In this document: one piece after another, positions 1-11,733 of the stretch
Layout: each line of letters starts with the position of its first letter
How positions within the stretch are numbered: position 1 is the stretch's first letter
DNA from: Calcarisporiella thermophila CBS 279.70
Taxonomy: Eukaryota > Fungi > Calcarisporiellomycota
DNA: 64,000 bases
Assembly: GCF_041956535.1 (NCBI RefSeq)
Contig: NW_027192197.1
Span: 73,829-137,828 of the forward strand
Direction: 5' to 3'
Program-made: the position numbers and the translations under genes
The notes under the pieces: generated by a model
The model's input: the letters and a program-made list of their open reading frames with translations, nothing else
Database searches by the model: none
Told to the model about the DNA's origin: nothing

Positions 1-59
1 ACTTCTCATGTTATCCTTTGATATCCACAGTTAGTTGAGTTCCACCATTCCTTTACCTA

Positions 60-330
60 TTTGAGATGAAAGTCGATATGACCAACATATCATTTCGATC
101 TACGATATCACCCAAAGCTTTAACTTTGGCTTCCCTTTCACTTTATTGCTTATAATAATGTAACAATTGTATTTTAGAGTCTTCCTATACAATAAAGACT
201 CGGCATTGATCAAAAAAAAAATCTGGTTTCCACTCCTCAACTTTGGGAGTGTGGTTAGTTAGCAGCAAGTATTCTTTGGTTCTATCTAGATAGTATGAGC
301 TCAAATCTTTCTTTCCCCACTAGCACATCT
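60..330 (-). mobile_element. Highly degraded Tc1/mariner-like transposase fragment
   Basis: Minus strand reads HTPKVEEWK then, after a frameshift, FF.DQCRV (cf. Tc1 W..VIFSDE). About 95 nt later comes KLKLWVIS (cf. VMVWG). Many stops. Confidence 0.3.
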
Positions 331-1099
331 GTGTCTGAATTCTCTGATATTCCATTTTTTGTCTTGTCATGTCTGGATACTCTAGATTACTATTTTTTCT
401 TGTACTGTCCGGATTAGCCTCTAGAACGGTCTCTGCAATTGGTTATAACCTGCACAGAATCATACGACCTTTGATTCATCATCATCGAGTAGCATCATTA
501 GGATACTCTACAATAAAGATCCAAAAAAAAGCTCTTCTTTTTCTTGAATCCAAGACGAGAATTTTTTCATTCAAAACGCCTAACTCCAATGCGTCTATAC
601 CGAATGTTCTAACCACATTACTTCTTTCTATCCTGTATTTAATGACTTAGCTTCTTCCTCCTTTCATCTTATATACTATTTTAGAGTTTTTTTTCTCGTT
701 TGTTTTTCTTTTTTTTTTTGAAATAGCATGAATGATATTCGCACTCTTTGCTATATCCCTCTCGTCCCACTTGACTCTCTTGTCTCTTCACAGTCTTATC
801 CCTTTTCATCATTTACTATCGAAAAGTACACTTTTAAATGAAGTTCTAACAAAAAACAACCCCTCCTAACCCCCTATTTTTGTTGGTAGCCATTGTGCCA
901 TCTCTCACATGATACTAACAGCATAATCTTTCTACTCTTCCATAAAGGTTTACTATCTTAACTCTTGTCTTTTTTATACAATTGATGGAATATGTTAAGA
1001 AGTTTTTCTGATTGTTTTGATTTAAGAAAATTTTGCCTTTTTGATTAGCAGTAACTTACAAAAACAATGAAAACAAGACACTAGTCCGATGCCTGGCAA

Positions 1100-1520
1100 A
1101 ATACTCGTGGTTTGACTTCGTAAATTTTGTTTTCTCCTAAGGATAATCGATAATGATCTCCAATTAACTTTCCACATGCTAATATCCTTCCTACAGTATA
1201 ATCTGAATCAAATCTTGAAAGCAACATCCAACCTTTGGTGGCCTTAGAGAAAATAAAGAAATAGCCAATCGTTCTGAAATATATGACGATTCATTATTCC
1301 TATCAGAAGCTTTAATGGCTCTTGCTGACCAAGGGGGGGCTCATTCTATCTGACAAAAAAGGTATTTATTCTATATATAGGTACGTTTCTTTAGCACTAA
1401 TTGGTTGTCAAGCAAATGAATCCCAAATCCTTGATCTCTCTCTTTTCCTCTGTAATGCCGTAATTGGATCCGACTTTGAGCTTAATTTCATATTCAGCAC
1501 TTTATACCAGTACTGGTAAA
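1100..1520 (-). mobile_element. Degraded Tc1/mariner-like (DD34E) transposase fragment
   Basis: Minus strand: IWDSFA* (~1425), IFQND (~1280), then frameshifted SKATKGWM (~1225-1250). Order and spacing match Tc1 VWGCF...FQQDNA.H.SK.T..WL. Confidence 0.4.
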
Positions 1521-1870
1521 TCTATATGAAGTACACGCACAAAAAAAAAGTATCATCCGTGCAACGTCTCCGTTAAACTCACAGCCGTTTATATTTTAAA
1601 GATTCTGGGTTTTCCACTCTTTCTATCCAGCATTTCATCTAGATTGTACCATATTGTCGTTTATTTTCTATTATCCTATACATTCTGCTCTCCGAGTTTA
1701 ATGGATTCCCAGATCATTTACGCGTAAATTGCATTCTTATTTCTCCCTTGGAACTCTTATTTCGTTTACTACTTACTATGTGTCCCAAACTAGTTCAGCT
1801 TAATTTGTAATTGCACCTACACTTATCGAGGATTTTCCTTTTCCTTCATTACCGCCTTCCAATATTTATT

Positions 1871-3373
1871 ATGATCAACTGTACAACTGAAGAAAACGGC
1901 AATCTACCTGCATCTGCTTCTACCATCACACTTCTTAATTCTCAAGACCCCCCTCACTTTCCAACTAGTACTGCTCTTAACGCTTCTGAAGCACAGATGA
2001 ATCACCTTGCTCCTCAGCACGCTAGACAGATCCCTTTACCCGAACGTCTAACTCCTCTCTCCCTCTATCGCGTTAGTCCTTCGGATTTTCTACCTTTTTT
2101 TACATCCAATGAGGAATATCATCCACCATTACCCCCAGCCGATGATCTCCCCACGATAGAAGACGTGGTGACGGGTAAAACGCGCTCCCCTCTTTCGATT
2201 CAAGAATTTTCCGAATTCCTACAACAGCGAAATGCTGAGGACTACCTTGAATTTCTGCTTGCTATGGAGCGACACGAAGCGCTATGGCGTACTTTTCGAC
2301 AGCAAGATCGAAAGCGGCGCGAGCTGGAGCGAAGAAAGACAGAAAGCGAAAAATTTCCTTCCGTTATAGCCGGGATAGCTCCAAGTGGTGCAGAGGACGT
2401 AAAGTTGCTGGCACCACTGAAAATGGCATTGTCGACAGCGTCGTATCCAACAATCGGGGCCGCTTCGGTCTCATCGAAAGCGGAGAGTCACCCACTCTTT
2501 CCGGAACATTTGGGGCCGTTGAATGCGCAACCCACAAAAGAAGCGATGCAACATCAGCAGAAAATAAGTCAAGGGGATGCTTCTAGTAATCTTATTCAGC
2601 TGAACTCAGGAAAGGTCCGGGATATCTCACTAGATACTCACGAAGCATCTGAAATGTTTGCCGAACGCCCTCGCGAACCGGATGATGCAGATAAGACCCT
2701 GCGATTTGCCACGGCCGCTGCTGCGGTGGCAGCTGCTATCGACTTGGCGTCCACTACAGACGGCCAACCCATTACGGAGCGGGATGTGATGAGATCAGGA
2801 GTGCAGATATATGATCGCTTTTGCTCATCGCTTGGCACAAAGAGTCGCGCGGTTGCTCCAGAGCAAGACCAAATGATAATTCAAGAGTGGATTGAGGTGC
2901 ATCGCCGTGCCGATCCGGTGGTGTTTTCTTCCGCCAAAAAGCACGTATGCGATGTGTTGAATACATACTATTTCCCGACTTTCCTAGACCAACGCTGTTC
3001 AGCGAACGTGACTCGGCCTGTCGGCCGGTGTGTTCTTCTTCCACTTGGCGTCGTATTGCTGATCGGAGGGATTGCCCTTGAGATAGGAATCGTACTGGTG
3101 GGAGTCAATTCCAAGCTCCTTCGGCTGTGGTGTCTTCCTGCGGTTGTTCTTGGCTGGACTTTTATCCTCTCGGGAGTATTAGAAGTTTTTCCCCTCTTGG
3201 CCCTGCTTAAAGGATTCGAATATGGGGGGTTTCATTTCCGTCGGATACACGAGGCAAGCGTATTGAGATTTCATACGAGGCGCGCCATCTTCGTTACCGG
3301 CGTTTCACTCCTTCTTACAGTAGTGACGATGCTAATCTTTGTCCTGGGTCCTGGGTCACCCAATGTTTCTTAA
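1871..3373 (+). CDS. RAX1: Rax1-like RGS-domain protein with C-terminal transmembrane helices (bud-site/polarity landmark family)
   Basis: Intronless ORF, first ATG at 1871. LPTIEDVVTGKTRSPLSIQEFSEFL...EDYLEFLL and RRADPVVFSSAKKHVCDVLNTYYFPTFL resemble the Rax1 RGS segments. Three hydrophobic helices at the C-terminus. Confidence 0.75.
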   Translation: MINCTTEENGNLPASASTITLLNSQDPPHFPTSTALNASEAQMNHLAPQHARQIPLPERLTPLSLYRVSPSDFLPFFTSNEEYHPPLPPADDLPTIEDVVTGKTRSPLSIQEFSEFLQQRNAEDYLEFLLAMERHEALWRTFRQQDRKRRELERRKTESEKFPSVIAGIAPSGAEDVKLLAPLKMALSTASYPTIGAASVSSKAESHPLFPEHLGPLNAQPTKEAMQHQQKISQGDASSNLIQLNSGKVRDISLDTHEASEMFAERPREPDDADKTLRFATAAAAVAAAIDLASTTDGQPITERDVMRSGVQIYDRFCSSLGTKSRAVAPEQDQMIIQEWIEVHRRADPVVFSSAKKHVCDVLNTYYFPTFLDQRCSANVTRPVGRCVLLPLGVVLLIGGIALEIGIVLVGVNSKLLRLWCLPAVVLGWTFILSGVLEVFPLLALLKGFEYGGFHFRRIHEASVLRFHTRRAIFVTGVSLLLTVVTMLIFVLGPGSPNVS

Positions 3374-4061
3374 TCTAACCATGAGCTTCTGTTCATTGTA
3401 TCACCACGTTTTTTCGTTTTATTATCACTTTGTTCCTCTTTTAATTACCGTAGATTGTTTTTCATACCACTGTTATAGTCTTTAGCTAGCTATTTATTTA
3501 TTTATTTATATTCTCAACTAATATGTGATTGTTGTAGTATCACCCTTTTGACGCTATTTTTAATTTAAAAGATAAATATTATGTAACTTGCACGGACCGA
3601 CATTTTAATAATTCGAGTGCAATATATATGTATAAATGAGGGGACCCTAAACGATCATAATTATCCTTGCCTCTCAAGATATGCTTTGTCCCGACCATGG
3701 GAGTCAGTTAGTGTTCCATGGAGGCCACGACAGAGATTACATTTTCGACAAAAATTAGCATAAAGTAGAAAAAAATCACTATTGAATGCTTGAGGGTTAA
3801 TTGCCCATGGATTTAGAGATTGTGATTTGATATTCAAGTTTAGGGAGACAATAACTGTTAAGTGGCCTAAGTGTTAATAACTAATAAGTCAAGTTTTGGG
3901 TGATTTTCTTGCTCACAGTAAATATTTCGTGGCTAAAATAGTTTAGGGGGTTAAAACCAAATCACAAAAGGGGCGCTAGATTATATCATGCCGCAAAGGA
4001 CAGCTAAGAGTAGTCCGTGAAGATGGATAAAGAATGTCGGAGTCCATGAGAAATTCTGGAT

Positions 4062-4123
4062 TGGGGAAGGGCAATAGAGTGTATGGGCTGGGGAAGGGCA
4101 ATAGAGCGTATGGGTTGGGGAAG
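4062..4123. repeat. 27-bp G-rich tandem repeat, ~2.3 copies
   Basis: TGGGGAAGGGCAATAGAGTGTATGGGC / TGGGGAAGGGCAATAGAGCGTATGGGT / TGGGGAAG. Confidence 0.9.
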
Positions 4124-4747
4124 TGATCATAGAAATGCAAAAAAAAAAGTTGCGAGAACAATAATTTGTCTATCTATTTTGCCTGATAGTGGCTACGCCA
4201 TAATTCTTTTGATGTGTTCAAAAAATAAAAAAAACTTTGTAAGAAAAAATATTCTTTTTCTTTGGTCATCATCCATTCTCTTTTGACTTCATATTTCTTC
4301 TTTTTCTCTTTCCTTTTTACTTGCAATTAGTTCCTTCTCATCGTCAAGGTAAGTTGTCAACATTCTTCCCCATTTCTGCCTCTCATCTGCATCAACCATC
4401 CTTGATGAGACATCATGGATTCAACATGCTCATTTTCCATCCAAGATGGATAATTCTCTTCTTGTGCTATTTTTCCCCCTCATTTTCCACCCCCCTTCTC
4501 ATCCATGCCCCTCATCTAGTTGGCGCTTAAATTTGCCGATTATTTTCCGTGCAGACGCTCTTTTCTGCATGTCCCCTTCCCCAATTTTAATTCTCAATCT
4601 AGCCTCACGTCAGTTTACGTGTCATCCAGATGAAACTAATTTTCATTTCTTCTCTCTCCCTTGTGCATATGATAGGGCCCTTTCAGTAGCAAAAAGTAAG
4701 AAAAAGTAGAAAAGAAAAGGACAACAAAATCGTAGTAAAAAAAAAAA

Positions 4748-5475
4748 ATGGCCGAACTTCGCCGGAAGCTTGTCATCGTAGGGGATGGTGCGTGTGGTAA
4801 GACCTGTTTATTGATCGTGTTTTCTAAAGGAACCTTCCCTGAGGTTTGTTTCCCGTCATTGTTTTTTGGTTTATCCTCCGGACTTATTGCTTCATTGTTG
4901 GCTATCATTCTAGTTTTATGTGCCCACTGTTTTCGAGAATTATGTTGCCGATGTTGAGGTTGATGGAAAACACGTCGAGCTCGCGCTTTGGGATACCGCG
5001 TAAGCTGGCCTTTTTTCTCCCCTCCTCCCTAACCATTCACCCAATAATGAATGTTCTGCTGATGGATAGTGGTCAAGAAGATTACGATCGACTCCGCCCG
5101 CTTTCTTACCCTGATTCGCACGTCATCCTGATCTGTTTTGCAATTGATTCCCCAGACTCACTCGATAACGTGCAAGAGAAATGGGTGTCTGAAGTGTTGC
5201 ATTTCTGCCCAAACCTGCCCATTTTGCTTGTCGGATGTAAAAAGGACTTGCGGTACGACCCTGCAGTGGTGGAGGAATTGCGGAAGACATCGCAGCGTCC
5301 GGTCACTCCTGAGGAGGGAATGTCGGTTGCGCAGAAAATCGGCGCGTACAAGTATCTAGAATGCTCTGCCAAGACCGGAGAGGGCGTGAGGGATGTGTTT
5401 GAACACGCGACTCGTGCCGCCCTGCTGGTGAAGCAGCGAGGGAGCAAAAATAAGAAAAAATGCACTCTCATGTAA
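4748..5475 (+). CDS. RHO1: Rho1 small GTPase (3 exons)
   Basis: [49 protein letters not shown], and CAAX end KKKCTLM. GT-AG introns at ~4844-4913 and ~5000-5069. Confidence 0.97.
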
Positions 5476-5811
5476 TTCTTTTTTTTTTCCCCCTCCTTCC
5501 CCCTTCTTTTATCTTTTATCTTTTCTACTTCTTCTCCTCCTCTGTTTTAAACCCTTATTATTCTTCTTCACTTTGATTTTGATCCATTTTCTTTCCTATT
5601 AGTTTTTCTACTAATAAATATATATATAACATACATTTACTCTGGTTTGCCAACGTGATCCTTTCAATTCTGTTTGTTCTTTGCATTGGGCATTGCTTTG
5701 CAGTTTTCTTTAACCATGGGGTGGTGTTTGCTTTGTAAAATGGGCTGGGTGATCCACCCTCCTTTTCCTTATACAACATCAACAACTAAGGCGGAAACTA
5801 CAAGAGCCTAT

Positions 5812-6746
5812 CTACAGGATCTCCTTGAGCTTATCAAAGAAACGGATTTCCGGTTTGAAATAGAGCCCGGCGGCGACGGCTCCCAAAGCTATCACCGCTG
5901 ACCCCAAACCCCAGGTAAAGATAGTCACGGCCCGGTCTCGCTTTCTGATCAATGCCGTAAACTCTTTACGGTCATTCCTATTTGGGAATGGTTCGGCCGG
6001 TACCTCGACTCCCAGAAAGTCGCACAGCGGTTGCCAGCCTTGCTTTACCTAGACAAAAATATAAAGCGGTTGAGCCGAAGAATGATGGCGGGGCAATTGC
6101 CCCTGTCAAGAGGATGCAATAGTTACGTTGAATATCAAGAGTCTCTCCTGAGGAACATGTCGCTTTACCTCTTCGACATGCCTGTTATAAGCAGCAATAA
6201 CACCCTCCTTATCCAACCGTCCCCCCATATCGCGTTCTATAAAGTTGGTTACCCATCTGTTGCGCTGCCCCCCGGTACACAAGTTAAACAGCCATTCGCC
6301 AAAGGAGGGGTTCTGGTGGCGTAGCGCCAGCTGGAGAATGGTGTCCTTCATGCTGTCGTACCAAACCTCGGGCGAGTCGCGCACTGTCAATACCACCTTT
6401 GCCTCGGGATACTCAGCCATGAGCTGCTTGTAGAAGCTCACGGTGGGCCAGTCCACAGTGGAGTTGTGCCCTTCGAAGACAACGGACCAGTCGACGGGCT
6501 TGTTGTCATACGCGTCATTAAAAGTCTTGAAATGGTGATGCTTCGCCCGCACCATGTGGTAAGTGGGGCCAACCCCAAGAGCGTCGAGAGCGGTCATGAG
6601 CGAAAACGTGCCTGTGCGGCCTAACCTAGTGAAAATAACCAGCGATGCATTCAATCTTCGAATCGCAATAGCTCAGAAGAGTAGGCCACCGGCCTCCCTT
6701 ACCCGGCGCCTATGACCTTTAGGGAGACTTTATTATTCTTTTCCAT
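5812..6746 (-). CDS. P-loop sulfotransferase-family protein (Sulfotransfer_4 type) with C-terminal TM anchor (3 exons)
   Basis: MEKNNKVSLKVIGAG|LGRTGTFSLMTAL...YHM...VDWP...YPEAKVVLTVRD...WYDSM...VPQERLLIFN|VKQGWQPLCDFLGVEVPAEPFPNRN, then a hydrophobic tail. Stop TAG at 5812-5814. Confidence 0.9.
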
Positions 6747-7889
6747 AGTATGGCTCGTTCCGGTTTGAATTTCTCCTCCATTTAGCTCCTCCGAATGTAT
6801 ATATATATATGGATCCAGCCTGCGGTTAAAATCCTAACCTCATTTATCCAATCCAAGTATCCCACTGCCCTCCATGACTCATATCAGTGGAGAGAACATA
6901 CGAATTTATTTTCACCGACTCAACCTTGGGGGTCCACCTTATGCACGCTGTGCCCCCCACAGCCAACAACCCTCTTGTGCTGTGTGGCATCCACACTTTG
7001 CTGGGAAAGGCCGAACTTGGCTCTAATATGCCTCCATACATACTCGTTGAGATATGAGGAGTTGCTAGGAGGGGATTTTCCGCCAAACCGGTCCGATTAA
7101 ATCATGCCGCTTCCTTGAGGCTTCTTCTCCCCCAAGGTTCCCCTCTCTCTTCCCGAAAGGTTCGGCTTGTGTGCGGCCCAATTTAGCGAGTTTATCCGTG
7201 AGCAAGCAGTGTGGCTGATCTGCGGCTTGAATATATCCGAGACTGCAGTATCGCTCAGCCTCGCATACCCGATCTGCCCGTACGCCTACTTCCTTCTAGC
7301 CTTGGCACCTTGGCTTCAAAAGGGTAAAATGCGTCTGGTAACTTAGAAAAGGGTCGGGGTAGTTTTGGTTGCTAGGTGAAATATCTTGAGCGAAAACAGT
7401 CCATACAATTCTCCCTATAGGCGCCATCACGGGGTATTAATCTCTCCAATTCTTGTCAGCATAATACACCTTTAGCTGCGGAGGTATGTTATAGGCTTAT
7501 GATTCCACTGGATGAGAGGATAACGTTCCCATTCTAATGAGTAGTAGTATTGAGATGGCTAACAGTATAGAAACCAGAGAGAAGGAAGAATGCAGCAAAG
7601 TCCACTCCGCATATAGCTTAGTTCTAGGTAAGTATAGAGGAATGGAGGAAGGAAAAGGTATAGCCGGATGAAGCGGAAAAACGAGGGAGGAGAGGGGAAA
7701 AAAAAAAAATACAACAGACTTCATGGTGCAGAGCTAAGCAGCGAAAGCAATTTTTCAAATAAAATTGAAGTCATGAATAAATTAAATAAAAGCAAAAGAG
7801 GAAAAAAAACGAAAGTGATATCCACAAATTATAAAAAAGTCCACGACAATGACAAAACAAGTAAAAAAATTATATAACCCTCAAGCAAG

Positions 7890-10696
7890 CTATTCAACTC
7901 CGAGCGCTTTCCTTAAGTCGTTCAGCTTCCTCTTTAAAGATTCACGCTCGTTCTCCGACTCAGCATACCGTACCCGCACATCGATGAGCATGGACTCCAT
8001 ATCCCCCAGCTGATTCTCGAGTGCAGAATTTCGGTGTACCAAATCTGCATTTTTGCGAGCAAACTCTTGGATTTCATTTCGGAATCCTTGCTCGAGCTCA
8101 GCCGGCTGTGACTCGACACGGCGATTGAGCTCATTCACCGTCTGCTGTAGCTCCTGGTTCTCCTCCTGGATGCGCGCGAGCTCCATCTTCGTGGAAATCA
8201 AGACATTTGCCAGCTCGCAGTGCTCTCGATTCAGTGTGGCGAGGCTTGCCTCTAGCCGCTTAACGTGGTTGGAGAGTTGATTGTTGGCTTGTCGTAGTGC
8301 CTCCAGTGCCTGGTTTTCTGTGGCGGCACGCTGTGAAGCAGCATGATAGGCTTTGGTGAGGCGGCTGAGATCTTTAGGCGTGATTTTGAAATTGTACGCT
8401 TCTTGCACCATTTCATTCGGATTCTAGCCGGAGAATTGACAGAGATGAGCCCCTCACATACAGGGTCTAGGATATTGGCAAAGAAAACCTACCTCGAACG
8501 CTTCGAACAACTCACCCTTTAGGAACTCCAGTAATTGCTCAAACTCCAGCCCTAAGATTTCATCCTCGCAACGCTTCATAGCCACGAGCACAAACCGGAA
8601 GATTGTGTCGACGCCTTCGGCAAGCACCACATCAAATATCCGGAACACGTAAGAGAGCGGGAGCTTGTAGGCGAACAAAGTCATGAACCACTGTGAGGCA
8701 TACATGGTTGGCTTGACCCCTTGGCGGGTAATATGACGATACACACGCGGCAAATGCTCCTCCATGAGATGTTCAAGCTGGAAGAGGCGAAGCTGAAGGC
8801 CATCCATTTGTGGGGTGAAATGGGATCTCAGGCCGTATTGCTTCATCAACCGAACTAGCAGGCAAAATGCCTCCTCCTCGGGCATCTACAGGCAATCAAA
8901 GGTACACGAAAATGGGGCGGAGCCAATAAATGAATCAAGGTCTGGCTTCCCGAATTCCAAGAGGGAATCTGTACTTACACAAAGGAGCAGAGGGCCAACG
9001 ATGAACCCAATTCCCTGGCAATAGCCGACCTCCTCGTCATAAATTGAGTATGTTCGGAGCACGTTGAATAAAGACCGTTGCCCGTGCCCATCTTCGTCCT
9101 TGAAAAACTCGTGACCCGGGAAGGTGCGGTTCAAATCCCTTGTTATCATCTTTTCATACGGGCTCTGTCGTTTCAATAAGTCTTTATATGTCATTTCTAG
9201 CTCCGGGTCCTTCGACCAAGCAAACAATTGCCAGATCATCCCGCGCAAGGTGGACGGAATACCGGCTTGTATGGCCTCCGAGAGTCTCTTGGGCTGTGAC
9301 TTTGCGATTGCTTTAAAATCGGAAATGACCAAACCCCAGAATTCTAAAAGGAGGGGAGGTGGTGTAAGAAGAGTCATTTGAAAAAGATAAAATTAGTTCC
9401 ATTCTCCAACCGACATACCCCAATCTATCTCCTCAAAGGATCCACGCTGGGAAGCCTCGATACGAGCTTGGTGGAAGCTCTTACGCACATTTTCGCGAGT
9501 GATCTGAGTAACGCGCCGGGCCGTAGGCACTTTCCGCAGTTCCCGATTTTGCGCCTCAAGCCGCGCCAACAACATATCATCACCTGAGCCGGTCGAGGTG
9601 AGGGAGGAAAAAGTGGACCGGATGGTGTCACTCGCGCGAGCAATAAAGGAGTCTTCGGCCTGCGCGTTTCGGTATTCCATCGTCGATTGGGACGATTCAT
9701 CCTCACCATTGGATTGGTCCCCACTCCAGCCCATTTCGTCTCGAGGACTCTCGTCCACGTACTCCTGTGGGCTTTCGTCGACATAATCTTGGGGACTGTC
9801 GTCTACATAGGTCTCATCCTCTCTGCCCTCGTGCAGACTCATCCGGTGAAGTGCTTCGGAGAAATTCATCTGGGAGTTAGGCGATTTTAGCGCAGCGATA
9901 ACATCGGTGCCTTCAAGTCCAAAAAACTCGTCTCGACCTGCACGCTGTGGCAAGGATTCATTATTGGAGTTTGATTCATCCTCCTCCTCTTGCTGCTGCT
10001 GATCAGTGGCAAGGGACCCGCCCTCACCTTGAAAGGAAACGTGCTCAATGCCATTCACATAATGGTGATTCCTTTCTTCCCATTGATTTTCATCGTTCAT
10101 TGTTTCGTTTTGTTCTACTTCATGCCACTCTTCCTCTTCCTCCTCTGGTAATTCAACGTTGCCATTTTTACTAGAGGTCTCGTCCATAGTTCCGTTCGCC
10201 TTAATCTCGCTGGTGGGTTCTATTGGTTCTACTATAATATCGTTTTGTTTATACAATCCAATTGCCGTTGAATCTGTTGCACACTTACCAGTATCTATTT
10301 GGTCTGAGTTCGATTCTTTTTTCTCATGGATATCTGCAGAGGATGACTCCAAAGTGGAGGCGTTCGCTTCAACTATTGAATCTTCTTTTGGTTCTTCTGC
10401 AATTACTCCAGGCTCTTCTTTCACAGGCTCACTAGACGATTCTTTCTGTTCGACTTCTTTTTCGGGTCCTCTTTCATCCTCTTTCTTATCCTCTGCTTCA
10501 ACTTCCTTTTCTTCAGCGTCCTTTTGCTCCTTTTTCTTGCCCTTTTTCTTCTTCTTTTTCCTCCATCTTCTGTCTCATCTTTGGCGATTTTCTCCTCCTC
10601 TGCCTTCTTAATTGGCTTCTCCATCACAGCTTCTTTCTCTTTCAGTTCACCATCTTTGGATTCGGCCTTAATGGGATTTGCTGCGTCGGCACTCAT
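7890..10696 (-). CDS. TBC-domain Rab GTPase-activating protein, Gyp5/EVI5 type, with C-terminal coiled coil
   Basis: GIPSTLRGMIWQ, ITRDLNRTFP, VGYCQGIGFI, MYASQWFMTLF; long acidic N-terminus; coiled-coil last exon. Apparent 1-nt frameshift near 10555-10560 (see findings). Confidence 0.9.
9738..9809 (-). repeat. Coding tandem repeat, 3 x 24 nt (YVDDSPQD/YVDESPQE/YVDESPRD)
   Basis: Visible in the translation of ORF 9393..10424. Confidence 0.85.
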
Positions 10697-11733
10697 CTCT
10701 TAGGCGATTATGTTATTGTATGTGTAGTGAAGAGTATCAATGGATCGGCGACAATCGCGCCTGCTATGTCAATGAATTCTCAATCGCCGGGATCGACAAG
10801 TAGAGATGAGATAGGAAAGTAGCGCAGGAGAATTGGCGAGATATAATAAGAAAAATAAGTCTTATTAGGATGGCGGGGATATCACAGATACCATACAATA
10901 TTAGGGATGGGACAATGGTTTTCAGCTAATGATTAATGGAGGCCATTAACCTGATTATTGAAGAGGAGAACAAATAAAGACTTAAGGAAAATTTTCCTTC
11001 CTCCTTCCTCAAAGCCCCCTAGCCCTCTATAAAAGGGTGCGATTGGCGGGTGGAATTTTCAAGCAAAACAAGGAATTTGGAAAACAGTCTCTATCAATCT
11101 CCTGAAACCCTTCCTATTTCTACGTAGACCCCTATCCCATCGCCCTCGCCGCTTCCTTCTACTTCCTTCCAGCTTCCTCGAACAGCTTCTTCCTTCTCCC
11201 TCCCTTCACGGCCGTGTTCTTCGGCCCTCTTCCCTCGCTGTTCTCCCATCAGCGTATTAGGCCAAGCTAAGCCACTGGTTGCACTCCTGTGTTTTTCGGG
11301 ACTAGAGGATTGGAGGACCAAGGCCAGTTGCATGAACGATAAAAATAGCCCAAAACTGGCACTCATTAGAGCAATCTTTGCGGTCCAGTGGCCATTAGTC
11401 CCATTTAGGTTCAGCCCTATTAGGGCCTCACGGGGGTTAGGAGGCGCCTGCAAATTCCCCCCGGGATAAGCTCTGATTTTCCGCTCGGTCCCCAGATTGT
11501 GCACCGTTTCCTTAGAGAATATTGATGAGCTTAGGGGCTTGCACACGAATTTGTGCCGTCAAATCATATTCTGCTGCATTAATTTAATCCTTCTCTAAAT
11601 ATATGTAAAGTTTGAAATGTACAGATTGCTAAAGAAAAATAACAGTACAACGTGTTCTCATGGAAAAGGCGTGAATCACGAGCAAAAGCACATAGAGATA
11701 AATAATAGATAGACAAAATGGCGTCAACGGTAA

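Noticed and set aside
5812-6746. Sulfotransferase-like gene as a recent bacterial transfer
   Set aside because: It has two canonical spliceosomal introns, and the family is widespread in fungi.
6800-7480. GC-richer intergenic stretch considered as a structured RNA
   Set aside because: No tRNA, snRNA or riboswitch signature could be identified by eye; a covariance-model search would be needed.
11050-11560. GC-rich intergenic block / 150-aa ORF considered as an ncRNA (RNase MRP, telomerase RNA, U3) or a gene
   Set aside because: No convincing conserved boxes or full template were found, and the ORF lacks an ATG start and recognisable motifs. More likely the promoter or 5' region of the RabGAP gene.
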